64,000 nt of DNA, from the NCBI GenBank assembly GCA_001662655.1, contig KV460211.1, one strand, 5' to 3'. The notes beneath the pieces were generated by a model that did no database searches, was not told the DNA's origin, and saw only the letters and a list, made by a program, of their open reading frames with translations. The DNA is from Pseudogymnoascus verrucosus (lineage: Eukaryota). Positions 12,204 through 23,875 of the stretch are shown here, piece by piece. Each line of letters begins with the position of its first letter. Positions within the stretch are counted from its first letter, which is position 1. Both the position numbers and the translations under genes were made by a program.

Positions 12204-13250
12204 ATGCTCCGAAAGAGCATTGCTAAACTGGCGTCTGTGCCCAATGAATTAGTTGGAGCAGCTGGACGTCGTTATCAGTTTAAGGAGCTGCTTCAAGAGC
12301 GCCCATTGCTTGGTCGTGTTTGGTTGGCAACGTCTGAGAATACCCTCTGTGTATACTACCCAACTCGAAAACTAACACTATCAGATCCGGACAAGACCAG
12401 TATATCTTAAAAGATATCCCCGAAGACATTATCTCTAACTTCAATGAGAAGATTCGGCCCCAACTTCGTGACAGCCCTTACATAAGGCTTCCGTTGGACA
12501 CCATACCGGACCAGCGTGTACTTATATATAAATATCTCACCGATGACTTCTTAAGCCTGGTTAGGAAGAAGATCTCGATGCGAGCGAGGGAGAAAATCCT
12601 CCGGGATAGTCTGCAAGGCATTGCTGAATTGCATGATCACGAAATTGTCCATCTTGGTAATTTCTGCTCCTTTCCAATAGCGACAAAAACCAAGCGCTAG
12701 CGCTAAATGATATTTAGATATTAAGCCGGACAATATCATGGTCACCTGCAGCCATACCGGCCAAGAAACGACAGTTGAGCAGGTTCAAGTTACGGACCTT
12801 GAAAACGCCGCCCACCTTCCGAAAGTTAGATGTATGAAAGGGATGCTGGCCGGCAACGAAAATTGGCGAAGCCCCGAGGCTCACTTCAAGGGCGAGCTTA
12901 ATAAACCGACTGATATGTTTTCATTTGGGATCATGGTGAGTTCCCCCCCTATATTACAGAATCTACTTTCTAACATGCGCCTACAGTGTATCTATGCTCT
13001 GCTCGGCCGAGTTATCCTCGGCGCTGATGACGATTTACAAAAACACGTTGCACAGGGCGCCTTGCCTTTTCCCATCCGCCTGCAACGTCAAGTTTCGTAT
13101 TTTGGTAACCAGGAAGGAGTTGAGGGGCTCTTGAAGCATATTGGTGACGATGGCGTAAATTGTCAGGTCCTGCGGATGCCCTGGGAGTATCGCCATGAGG
13201 ATAATATCCCGTACAAGCCATTCTCGGAGTGGGCAGATGTTACCGATGCT
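12204..13250 (+). pseudogene. Lineage-specific Ser/Thr protein kinase, 3'-truncated (subdomain XI missing)
   Basis: Spliced IVHL/DIKPDNIMV, VTDLENAA, GNENWRSPEAH and TDMFSFG motifs. Homology-like sequence ends abruptly at FSEWADVTDA. Confidence 0.75.
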
Positions 13251-13620
13251 TCCCGGCGGCGGCATCAATCCCGGCGAGCAACATGAGATGGCCGTCTTGC
13301 GAGAAATGCAGGAGGAGACGGGCGGGCTTGTCAAGATACGCAGCAATCTCGGATGTGTTGCCACGACTGAAGAATACCGCAATGACCTGCACCAGATGTC
13401 ATTCGGCTATGTTGCCGACGTTGTGGACGACTCTGGCAGTCCCAGTCTCACAGAGGACGAGGTCAACGATGGACTTGGTCACTTGTGGCTGTCGGTTGAC
13501 GAGGCGAAGACCAGGATGACTGAGGCAGAACCGAGATCGGAATTAGGTCTCTATATCAAGGAACGGGATATTTACCTTCTCGATGAAGCGATAAAACGTA
13601 CGGAGGAGGGGAGAGCTTGA
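13246..13620 (+). pseudogene. NUDIX hydrolase, 5'-truncated, fused out of frame to the kinase
   Basis: Nudix box LPGGGINPGEQHEMAVLREMQEETG followed by an intact C-terminal half. The N-terminal strands are absent. Confidence 0.75.
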
Positions 13621-13937
13621 AATGAAGTGGTTCACTGGTCTTCAGCTTCTTGGGTCAACTGATAGAGAGACGCTTATACGCCGTTAAAATAACTCTCTAT
13701 TTGTGATACTACCTTGCATTTATAAAACGTAACTGGAATATACCTGTTACTAAAATGTCTATCAGTCCTCTACATGGTTCCAAGCTGAAGGTGCCTGAGC
13801 ACAGCCACAACTGGAGAGGACCACCACGACCGGTGCCTAGAAAAGATCCGTGATATATCGTAAAGTGACCCCGGAATTCAACAAGACAGGCCTTGACGTG
13901 TCGCAAAGCTATTCATTTCTAGGTGACCCGTCACAGG

Positions 13938-14654
13938 ATGCCAGCTCAGCCAATTACGCCCGCATATCCCATCGACAAGTCCTCTGCAGTCAATATTGAC
14001 TTCAATGGCGACGAATATCTCTTGCGTTGGGATGGTGATTGGAGGGAGACGCCAGATTTAACATCTTTCCCACATGTAGATAATGCAACAGTCACTCTCA
14101 TACCGCAGAGCGAACGTGTTAAAGAGTTATGGGCAACATCTCAGGTGCTCGCATACGGTGCGGATTCTCATATAAGGATCTTAGATTCTTGTGGGGATAA
14201 ATTCTCAGTCTGTAAGGTCGCCATCAATGATCGCCAAAGGCAGCTGCTTCAAGGAGAGTTCTCCATTCTACGGCATTTATCGTCTAAAGACCTTCCTGTT
14301 GTTCGTATACACCAAGAGCCATTGGCTGACGAGGAAGGTATTTTTGGCTTTAGAATGGAGAGGCTATCCAATATTGATATAGGCGTTGCGGCCGAGTATA
14401 TACCGGAGGTTGCAAAGGCATTCGAAGAAGTGCATCTTACTGGCGTTGTGCATTATGACATCTCTCCAAGCAATATAATGCTGAACCAAAATGGTAAGGT
14501 TACCATCATCGACTTCGGCCGAGCTGGATATATTGGGCAGGAGGTGCCTTCTATCAAAGCTGTGGGGAAGCCAAAGGAGAAGGAAATTTACTCGGTTGAG
14601 TCTGATAATATCTCTTTAGAAAGAGTCAATGGTATGTATCCACCTCAAAGATAA
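13938..14654 (+). CDS. Small protein kinase-like protein
   Basis: Motifs VCKVA, EFSIL, GVVHYDISPSNIML and IIDFGRAG. A possible terminal intron starts at about 14632 (GTATGT). Confidence 0.75.
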   Translation: MPAQPITPAYPIDKSSAVNIDFNGDEYLLRWDGDWRETPDLTSFPHVDNATVTLIPQSERVKELWATSQVLAYGADSHIRILDSCGDKFSVCKVAINDRQRQLLQGEFSILRHLSSKDLPVVRIHQEPLADEEGIFGFRMERLSNIDIGVAAEYIPEVAKAFEEVHLTGVVHYDISPSNIMLNQNGKVTIIDFGRAGYIGQEVPSIKAVGKPKEKEIYSVESDNISLERVNGMYPPQR

Positions 14655-14844
14655 CAGTTCCAAAGGCTCACTTAATAGGTATATTTCTTCGAAAGGGGCG
14701 CTTCAATTAATAGTATGTGCTTATACTCATCACGGATATTAAGGGATTTGAATGCATCCTCTTACCGTCCTTCTGTATGATATAAACGGGCATCCGTAAT
14801 CGCATCCCCGCCCCCAGCCCGAAGCCAGAATATGCAACCACCCA

Positions 14845-15661
14845 CTACAACGACGGCAAATGGTCTGTAATATTATAATGCTCCGCGAACGGATCCCAGC
14901 TCGGATCCGCATGCCTCTCATACTCCATATCTAGCGTCAACCCCTCTGCAATATCAACCCCATACACCTCTGCAATCCACCCAAGCACAGCATCAATACC
15001 AGCACTCACACCCGCCGAGCTCCACACCTTACCATCAACAACCCAGCGCGCATGCGCGATCCATTTTACCTTGGGCCCATACACTGGTGCATCGGCCCAG
15101 GCGTGCTTATTCGTAGTTGCATTGCGGCCATCGAGGACACCAGATCTGGCGGCGATGAAGGCACCAGTGCAGACGGTGATTAGGTATCGGACCTTGGGGA
15201 ACTGCTCGCGGATGAAGGCGAGATGCTCGTCGAAGAAGGGGTCTGGGGAGCGAGTTCCGATCCCCCCTGGGATGAGGAGGACGTCAAGGGGCGGGGCAGT
15301 GTCGAAGGTGTGGGTGGGGAGGATGGACTCTGAGAAGGTGGAGTTGAAGGGGTTCATGGCCGCGCTGCGGGGGGAGGTGGAGACGGGGTCGAGGGTTGGG
15401 GCGATGAGGGAGAGTTTTAGTTGGCGTTGTGCGGAGAAGAGGTTCAGGGCGTCAAGGGGTCCGAAGACATCGAGCGCCTCGAATGCGGGGAAGAGGAGGA
15501 CGCCGAAACTGGAGGGGACTGCAGGGGAGTATTAGTAAGTGTTTATTTGATGTATGGAGAGACGTACGGGGGTGATGTTTAGAGTTTTCGGCGCATGATG
15601 CGAGAAAGGGGTTGAGAGCGACGCCTGCGGCGAACGCAAAAGTGAGGAAGGGAATATGCAT
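14845..15661 (-). CDS. DJ-1/PfpI (class I GATase-like, isonitrile-hydratase-like) protein with predicted signal peptide; 2 exons
   Basis: Hydrophobic N-terminus MHIPFLTFAFAAGVAL, a GTACGT..CTAAT..CAG intron, then LLFPAFEALDVFGP, LLIPGGIG, TVCTGA (catalytic Cys), LDGRNATTNK and SSAGVSAGID. Confidence 0.9.
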
Positions 15662-16638
15662 TTTGAGACTATTTTTGCCTAATATTTATCCTTGATTCTA
15701 GGATTTCTCCGCATTCTTATACTCTCAAGCTTCCTCATCTCGCAATTATCCATAGATATTAGGTCTGTTGAGCATATAAATATAAATCTGCGCAAAGTAA
15801 TATAATTAAACCAACCGTTCTCAAAGCTTTCAAGCACGTTATACCGACTTAATATAAACCCGTCATCTTTAAGTCTGCAGGCCAGAGAGCCGTCATCCTT
15901 ATTATGCGCAAACGTGCTCACCCATTCCCGCCAAGCTGTTCATCCTCACCTATCAGACGAATCCTGACCTTGCACTATATTTTCACGCGCCTTTCGCGCC
16001 AGCCTAAACTTTTGTTTCCATAGACTTGTAGTATCAAAGTGCCGCGTACCTCACGATGATATCGGGCAAAGATTGCACCGGAGTATAATCGTTGCATGAT
16101 AAACTCTCCCATCGCTGAAGTGGGAGATCTCATAGGATGAGGGTGTCATGGGGAAGCGCCGGCATGAGATTTAATACGACTTTAATTTAGACGGAATAAC
16201 TTCTAGTAAAGCTTGCCCTAAGGCCCATGAAAGCCGAGGCCGACTGAAACTTTTGCTTCCAGTAGCAATGCTGCCATCACAAAATTGAACGGGAATCCAT
16301 ATTTCACCTTACTGATTTCAACTTCACAAACCAAACCATAGAACTTGGGGTATCATTATCGGATATTTTATTCTCACAAGTAACAGAGCTACACGATCTT
16401 GTAAGAGCACATAAACGTCTTCCTATTCTCATATCTCATGTATGTGGATGCTTCTAACAGCAGCGACCACGCGCTGTAAATATGCACATTACACATCCCA
16501 ATTCATACATGTACATATCCCATCCCACCATCTGAAGACGGGTATCCTACCATCGTCCCAAAATCCCACCTAAATCAAAATCAAACGCTCCAACACCATA
16601 AATGCGCCGCCCATCCCTACATCCCTATCTACCACTCC

Positions 16639-19093
16639 TCAAGTAAACTCAGGCGGCCCTCCCTGGCTACCCGCTCTACTCCTTTCTGCTCTCCTCCTCC
16701 TTCGCCTCTCTGCCGGGTCCTCACTCATCCCCGTCCCCGTCGGACTCATCCCGCTATACGCGGGCCCACTGTCTGGACTCCCTATACTCTCCGGCCCACT
16801 AGGCCTTCCGCTCCCACCCGACGGTCCGGAGTAATACGCGCTATCCTTTGCCCTACCTTTCGCAAACGCCGGCCTTGGTGGGCTCAGAGGCTCTAGATCT
16901 GCCTCTGCGCGCCTCTCAGCTCGTCGCTCCGCCGCTTGCCGGCTAGCACTCTCATCTCGTCGGTATCTGCCGGAAGGCCCAGCTGAGACCTCCGAGTCCG
17001 AGAGCGAGTGTCTGCGGCGTCTGCGAGCGTCGCGCTCTGCGGCCTCCTCGCGAGTTAGGCGTTGCAACGTCACATCCTCGGGACGGACGCGCACCTTGAC
17101 CGTGGCAGAGGGGCGAGAGCCGTCCCTTTCGTCGTCACGGTATCCGCCGCCTTGGCTACGGCTACGGTGACGACGGCGGTCGACTTCGCTGGCTGCTAGT
17201 ACGGCGCCAGCGGTTGCGGCTGCGGCTTCGGCGTCGCGACGAGAGCGCGAGCTTTGGCGGCGAGGAAGGTAGGGGTCTTCGAAGCGGTCGTGGCCGTCTC
17301 GAGGTGGGCCGGTAGGCATGGGCACGGGATCGACGATGTCGTGTCTGCTGCCTTGTGCGCCGATTGGTACTGGTGGTGCGCCTGGACCAAGGTTTGATGG
17401 GGGGATGGGGTCGCCGGCTCTGCGGGGGTGGAGGCTTGTGAAGTCGGAGCTCAGGTCACTCTCTTCATCGTAATCATGTCTCCTGGGTGGGCGGTGTCCA
17501 TCTCCTGTGTATCGCGGTGGGCGGTTTCCATATCGACGCTCTGCTTCTAATCGCTTCTCATCCTCAAGCTCTTGGCGGCGGATGTCGTCGAGGCGCTCTT
17601 GCTCACGATCGTCCTTGCGATCCTTGAATTTCTTGCCCAACCAACCGAGTCCGAGGCCTGCGAGTATACCATTTCGAGCTCCATGCCCACCACTTTCATT
17701 GACGCGAGATGGGGATGCAATGGACGTGTAAGTGTCGAAACTATCGCGTCTTGGGTTTCTCCGTGGGGATTTAACTGGCGGCGGTGTCCTGGGGCGTTTA
17801 GCAGCACCAATAGCTGCTGCGCCTAGTGCACCTAATGCGGCGCCACCAGCGGCGGGGAGAAGCTTGCTGTGTCCTGGGCGGTCATCTGCTCGTCGGACTT
17901 CAATGGTAGATTCAGTGTAATCGCTCCCAATGGGTTCATGTCGTCTGGAGGGTCTGCGACTTGGGGTATCACCAGCCACAGCGGAATATTCGTCATCGTG
18001 CGCATGCCTCTTGTCATACTTCTTCTTGGCAAAAATGCCCGCGCCCGCTACAGCTGCACCGAGCATCAGCTTCTTGAAGAGACCTCCGCCTTCTTTGTGG
18101 TCTGGCTTTTCATCTTCAGTGAAGTAGCTGGCCGAGTCACGTCGAGAGTCGCGTCGAGAGCCGCGGCGAGATGGAACCACTTCATCGTCGTCATCGTGTC
18201 TGTGTGAGAACTTCTTTCCGAGCCAGACAGCGCCGGCGCCTGCTGCGAGAGGTGCCAAGTACTTCCCCCAACCACCGCTCTTCTTTTCTTCAATAACCGT
18301 TCCGCCCTCTAGGTGTCCTCCATGTCCCCCGTGGTGATGGGTGTCTCCGTACGCCCTGTGTTGGGCGATGAAGTAGAATATCAGGAGGAACGTCATCCAC
18401 AGCGTGTAGAGGATGAACGTCCACTTTGGACTACCATAAAGAACCAGGCCAAGCGGGACCTGAATAATCCCCAGAATCGCAGTAGCTCGCCCCATCCACT
18501 GATGTATCATCAACTTGATAGGAGGGCGTCTGTACATCTTCTTCTTGAACTTCTTGCGAATCCAATTGCCAACCAAGGTTTGCCAGATAATCAAGACGTA
18601 GATAGCGACGCCAAGTCCATGATGCGGGTTCGTGAGGCTGCGCGAGGGGCCCACGGCCATGAAGCCGAGAATAAAGACGACTGTCGAGAGGAATAGTGCG
18701 AGAATGTTGAGGTATATATGTACCCTCACTCCTCGTCCCGGTATCTTGCCGTAAAACCTGGACATCAAGATCGAAGTCGGGATCAGGAGGAGGAATACGA
18801 TCACCGCAATGATCCCATGTGCCCTAATCAGGTAATGATATTGTGGTTGCGATGCAAAACGGTTTCCCATGCCTAAACAAAACCTCGTCAGCACTGCGCA
18901 GAGCAGGTCAACATCACAGGAAGGGAATGCTCTTACCGTTATATCGCATCGTCTCAAAGTTCAGTCCCACCAAATTGGGGAGCAGGAACGTGTTCCTCTG
19001 GCTGTCCCATGTTCCATCGCCGACGTAGAGTGTATTTGAGGAGTATGTGCTGCTCCCCGGCGGCGAGAGTCCATCGACCGGAGCTGGCGCCAT
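16639..19093 (-). CDS. Cytochrome b561-like membrane domain protein with long Arg/Asp-rich disordered tail; 2 exons
   Basis: Exon 1 MAPAPVDGLSPPGSSTYSSN..FLLPNLVGLNFETMRYN/GMGNRF. TM helices carry conserved His residues (AHG, VHIY, NPHHG, IHQW). Confidence 0.85.
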
Positions 19094-21088
19094 CGCAGCG
19101 CTGGTGCCGCCAACTGGCGGACGGTAGGATGAGAGTTACCTCAATGCGCCTTGAAGTTTTGGTACAATCTTCGAAATCCGAGTCCGAAATCTGGGTCCCA
19201 GATATGCGACGACGATATCTAGTTTCGCTTTTTCAGAGGAAATGACGGCTGGCCAGCCTCGTTTGGTAGCGGCGGTGAGAGTATCGTTTGCGTGGGTTTG
19301 TTTATATGGCGAAGTGAATAGACGAGATGTCTCAACTGGTTGAAAGGGTATAAAAAACCACGTCGCTGAAGCCAAGTGTGAGATATGAATAGGGATATAC
19401 TGTCTCAATGACGACGTACGAAACAGAACACTGTGGATGCCATTATTGATGCACAAATGTCGGATAAGGGCCCGGGCTTGGTGAGCTGGTTGCGCGGGGT
19501 TACCAGCTGAACAGGGGTCTGAGGTGAGTTGGATGGCGGGACAACGGGATCGGAGGACGGGTACAGCCTCACTGAGTGATATGATTGGCCAGCGAGAATA
19601 GCATCACCACGTATGTGCTTGATGATTTCTATAACTTCAACTTCAATTACAATAATATAAGTATAGCATTATGACATAGCATCATCACGATAGACTTTAG
19701 ACATAAAATTATAAAAACTCCCTTGAAACCCGGCAAGGTCCGAGACGCAATACTGCTTGAGACCTACAACCAAGGCTGCTCGCATGGTGGCCGGCAACCC
19801 GCATCAATAGCTAAATGTGATGAACCTTACAGAGTCTAAAAGGAATGCAGGGTGGTAAACTAAGATGTCAGGGGGAGAGTATTTAAACCCAGTCTTCTTC
19901 TTAGGCTTCATCATCATGGACAGTAACACCTCGAGGTAGCTCTACCCCGTTCTAGCTCCGAGCTCCCTGCTTTTCGTCTGGCATCGCAAAAAGAAGTCAC
20001 CTCTGAGCCAAGAAATGGATGTCAGTACACTTGTAAAGAGCGATAGTGAGGTGAGCGGTGACAGGAAGCTAGTTCACGAGATACTTATCTGTAGCAAACA
20101 CTACCCGCGGCGGCGAGAATCGAATAGCGACGAGAATACCGCTGCGCCAACAAGACAAACCGTAAGACCCCAAGCTGGCTTTTACGACGATGTCTGCTCT
20201 GTATTTCGTCATCCTCTTCTATTCTCCCGTCAAGAGTAGCAAGCGCTTCCTGTATAGATCCATCGATGCTAGCATTCTCGTCGTCGGAGATCATCGTGCG
20301 GGCATGTTATTATGTATGAATGGTGAAAATAGTTACGGGATAGTATGTGGTAAAATAAATTGGAGAATAAGTCCAGCTAGGTCATCGTTGACGGAGTGAA
20401 ACTAGACATGACGCCAAATTAACCTTCATAATGTGTAGCCCATCGGAGAGTCAAGAGCCAGGGAAAATAGTCACGATAAAGAAGATAGCCAGGAGAAACC
20501 TCGATGCAGAGGAACGTGTACTGAAGGCGTATAAGTCCCCACAAGAGCGCGCGCATGCAAGCGTTCACTTTCTCATAAAATACCCTTGCACGACATTGGC
20601 TGCCACCATGGAGTATTATGCTTCCACTATGAAGTATTATGCGACAACAGAATCATGCGGTAACAGTAAACTGCAACGGTGAGAAGCTTCTCACCAACAA
20701 CAAACGTGGCTCCCACTTGCAGCTGCGCCTGCTTTCCGGTCTTAATTACGCCGACAGAAAACCGGTCTGTCATCCCCTTCGTATTCTATTGTTCTTGGTA
20801 TTTTCTCGAGGTCTAGCAATCACCGACTGGTATTTATAGTCTCGTTCGGCCCTCAATCCCTTAATTCTCACATCCCGCACAAGGCTGACAAAACTCCACA
20901 CTTCCGACCCAGAACCTCAGCCTCGCCCCTCGCGTCTCGCGCCCATAAACACACCACCAGAGACGTCGCTCATCACCAGAACTCCCAAGCTGACTTCACC
21001 CCACTCTTACACTATTCACAAAACAGACAATCGCGATCGAACCCCCCCGACCAACAATATCCGCCAGGCCACTCGGCCGCGCCACAAA

Positions 21089-21792
21089 ATGCCAACCGTA
21101 ACCGCAACCGCCGACCCCTCCGTCCCCACCTCAACACAAGACCCCCAACCCTCCTCACCCCAGGCCGCACCCCCAATCGAACCCGGCCCCCGCGCCCGCG
21201 CCCTCCTAACCCTCCACGACGCAGCCCTCACCTCTACCCTCTCCGCCCTCCCCGCCCCCACCTTCCTCGCCTGCTTCCCCCTCCTGTCGACGCTAGCGCC
21301 CGACGCCCTCCGCGCCGTGCACGCCCAGATGGTTGATCGGCTGCGCGAGGCGGCTAGGGCGGATTTCGGGGTTATACTTGAGGAGAGGGGGGTGTTGGGG
21401 AGGTTGAATGAGTTGGAGGTTTTGATTGGGGAGGCGAGGGGGAGGAGGGAACGGGGTGAGGGGGGGGATGTTGCGTAAGTTTTTGTGATATCTGGAGAGA
21501 GAGAGGGAGATGGGGATTGATGGGGAGTTTGGGCTAATGTTGGTGTTGTGTGTGTAGACCGCATTTATTGCCGCCGGCGGACTTATTGGCGGCGCATCTT
21601 GGACCGAGTTTGGTGGCTGCGCAGGGACGGTTGAATGCGAAGGAGCAGACGTTGGAGAGTGTGAATGCGGAGTTGTATGAGGTGGTTAAGGGGCAGTGGG
21701 ATGAGATTGAGGGGTTGGTTGCTGGAGTGGAGGGGATTGTGAGGGATTTGGAGAGTGCGGGAGGGGAGATGAGTGGGGTGGAGAGGGGGTAG
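21089..21792 (+). CDS. NNF1: Kinetochore MIND/Mis12 complex subunit Nnf1; 2 exons
   Basis: PGPRA..L..AL..TL..FLACFP..DF..ILEER.V..RLNELE.LI.EA/PHLLPP..LLAAHL followed by a coiled coil. Intron is GTAAGT..GCTAAT..TAG. Confidence 0.85.
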
Positions 21793-22297
21793 TGGGTTGG
21801 GGATGGTTGGGAAGGAGGATGATGGTGGCGTTGTTTATATGGTTGTCTGGGAGCTTGGGAGGGGATGGGGGTATATCAAAATGGCGTTCGGGCGGGCACT
21901 ACTATGCCATTATGCGACACAGAATCACCTATGCGAAAATAGTTATGGCACAGGATTCAAATTCAAATTCATGTTCAATTTCGAATTCCCGAACTCCTTC
22001 TAAATTTATGCATGACCTGGCACAGGAATGTGCCCCGTAGTACTCGTTATGTGAGTTATCCAAATTTGTACCCATCATATCCCATCCCAGCCCATTCCGG
22101 TATCTATATGTCCCGCCAACATAACAAAACAAAAAGTGAAAACTAAAAAGTAAAAATAAAAGAGGGGGTATGCAAAAGGATATGCAAAATGTTATCGCTC
22201 GACAGCCTCAACAGCAAACTGAACGCCAGTAACCCAAACATCTACACCAGACCAATCCAAAACACGCTCGCTCAAATATACAAATCGTTACCAGTTC

Positions 22298-23875
22298 TCA
22301 ATTCCCATACCCGGGCAATCCAGCTTCCCCAGGCAACCCCTCTTCCACACCCTCCTCCTTCGGCACCCACCTCGCACACTTCCCCGTCTCCCAATCAACC
22401 ACCCACCTCTCTCCCTGCATAATCACAAATGGCCCCTTTCGCGGACTCCCATTCAACAACGTCGCCATACACCGCTTCGCGTAGATGAGGTCATACAGCG
22501 GACTCCAGTTGTGGATGGGGCGCCACTTGCCGTCACGCGTGATGGCCGGGTTGCGTGCGCCGCGCGCGGCGAGGGTGGGGGGGTAGATGTTGTAGGGATC
22601 CGGTTGCGGGCGGTGTGAGGGGCGGACTATCGGGGTCGGGGTATCTGTAGATGTTCTCGAAGAAGGAGAGGAATCTAAGACTGAGGGCGGAGGTGCAAGG
22701 TGATCCGGCTCAGGTTCCGGTTCAGGCTCGGAGACAGGCTCCGGAATAGGTTCCGGGGCCTCGGGGACGTCGACGTGGCGGGGGGGAGGCGCTACTGCTG
22801 CTTCTGCGGCAGCGACAGCGGCTTGCGCGGCTGCTGTGCGGCGGGCAGCGGCGCTGCCTGGGGCGACGTAGCGGTCGCGTAATCCGCGGCGGCGAGGACG
22901 GGGGAGGGATGCGTCTTCAGGGAGGGAGCGTTCGTCGAGGGCAGGGGCTAGGTCGATGGCTGCTGCGAGGGCTTCAAGCCAGGCGATGTGGGTGGGTGCG
23001 TCGTCGGAGGCGAGGAGGAGCTGGTCTGCTTCGACGCGGATGCGGATAACGTAGCGGCGCTTGAGGTAGTCGGATGCGATGCCGGCCTCGGCGTGCTGGA
23101 GGGAGTAAGATCGCGGTGGGGCGAGGGGCTTGGAGCGCTTGAGGGAGAGGCGTGGAGCGGGGGCTATGGTGAGAGAGGTGCCTCGGAGGGTGACTTGGAC
23201 GCGATGCCAGGTGCGCACTGGGGCTCGACGGAGGGGGTTGGAGAACTCGGAGGGTTCGCCGAGGTGGGGGCCTTCGAGCTCAGATTTGCGCATGAAGTGG
23301 GCAGTGAGGGTTAGATCGCAGGTGTAGGGTGGGAGGGTCTCGTGGCCTTCTTCGATGCGGGGAGTGATATTTATGGCGCTGCGATTTAGGATGCTGGAGG
23401 AGTAGGGCGGTGGTGAGAGGGAGGAGGACTGCTCGACCAGGTCGTCAGCGGTGAGCCGGGGAGTTTGGGGCTCGTCGCTGCTAGTGCTGGAGGTCGTTGT
23501 GGTGCTGGCGATGGTGTTGGTTGGTGAGGGAGCATCGCGGATCGGAGGAGGGGGGCGAGTCGGAGGAGGCGGGTGTATAGTTCTATCCGGGAAGTGGTTT
23601 TCCAGGTAGAATTGGTCAATTGAGACTCTGCGATGTTGCGACACCGTCTGCGAGAGCGCTGGGAGGTCCTCGAGATCTCCAGCGCCCTCGTCGATGGACG
23701 AGGAGGCCGTGCTCGACCACGGCTGTGGCGTATATTCTGCCCCATCCCGGTCTGTATATTCCTCCAATTCGTCGTCTTGCGGCGTGAGAGCAATGTATTT
23801 CTGCTTCCTCGTTCTTGCCTCCTCGTCCCTTTCATCATGGCTCACAGGCGCGGTGACTATGATATCGAGGTCCAT
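22298..23875 (-). CDS. PH-domain protein (fungal YHR131C-like family)
   Basis: EEGHETLPPYTC..RKSE..RTWHRV.V.LRGT.L..YSLQHAEAGIASDYLKRRYVIRIRVEADQLLL..WLEAL.AAIDLAPALDER. Confidence 0.85.
   Translation of the reverse strand: MDLDIIVTAPVSHDERDEEARTRKQKYIALTPQDDELEEYTDRDGAEYTPQPWSSTASSSIDEGAGDLEDLPALSQTVSQHRRVSIDQFYLENHFPDRTIHPPPPTRPPPPIRDAPSPTNTIASTTTTSSTSSDEPQTPRLTADDLVEQSSSLSPPPYSSSILNRSAINITPRIEEGHETLPPYTCDLTLTAHFMRKSELEGPHLGEPSEFSNPLRRAPVRTWHRVQVTLRGTSLTIAPAPRLSLKRSKPLAPPRSYSLQHAEAGIASDYLKRRYVIRIRVEADQLLLASDDAPTHIAWLEALAAAIDLAPALDERSLPEDASLPRPRRRGLRDRYVAPGSAAARRTAAAQAAVAAAEAAVAPPPRHVDVPEAPEPIPEPVSEPEPEPEPDHLAPPPSVLDSSPSSRTSTDTPTPIVRPSHRPQPDPYNIYPPTLAARGARNPAITRDGKWRPIHNWSPLYDLIYAKRCMATLLNGSPRKGPFVIMQGERWVVDWETGKCARWVPKEEGVEEGLPGEAGLPGYGN

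Noticed and set aside
19500..20900. Short ORFs and a 21-bp duplication (20603-20644) in the intergenic region
   Set aside because: No recognisable domain or consistent splice structure.
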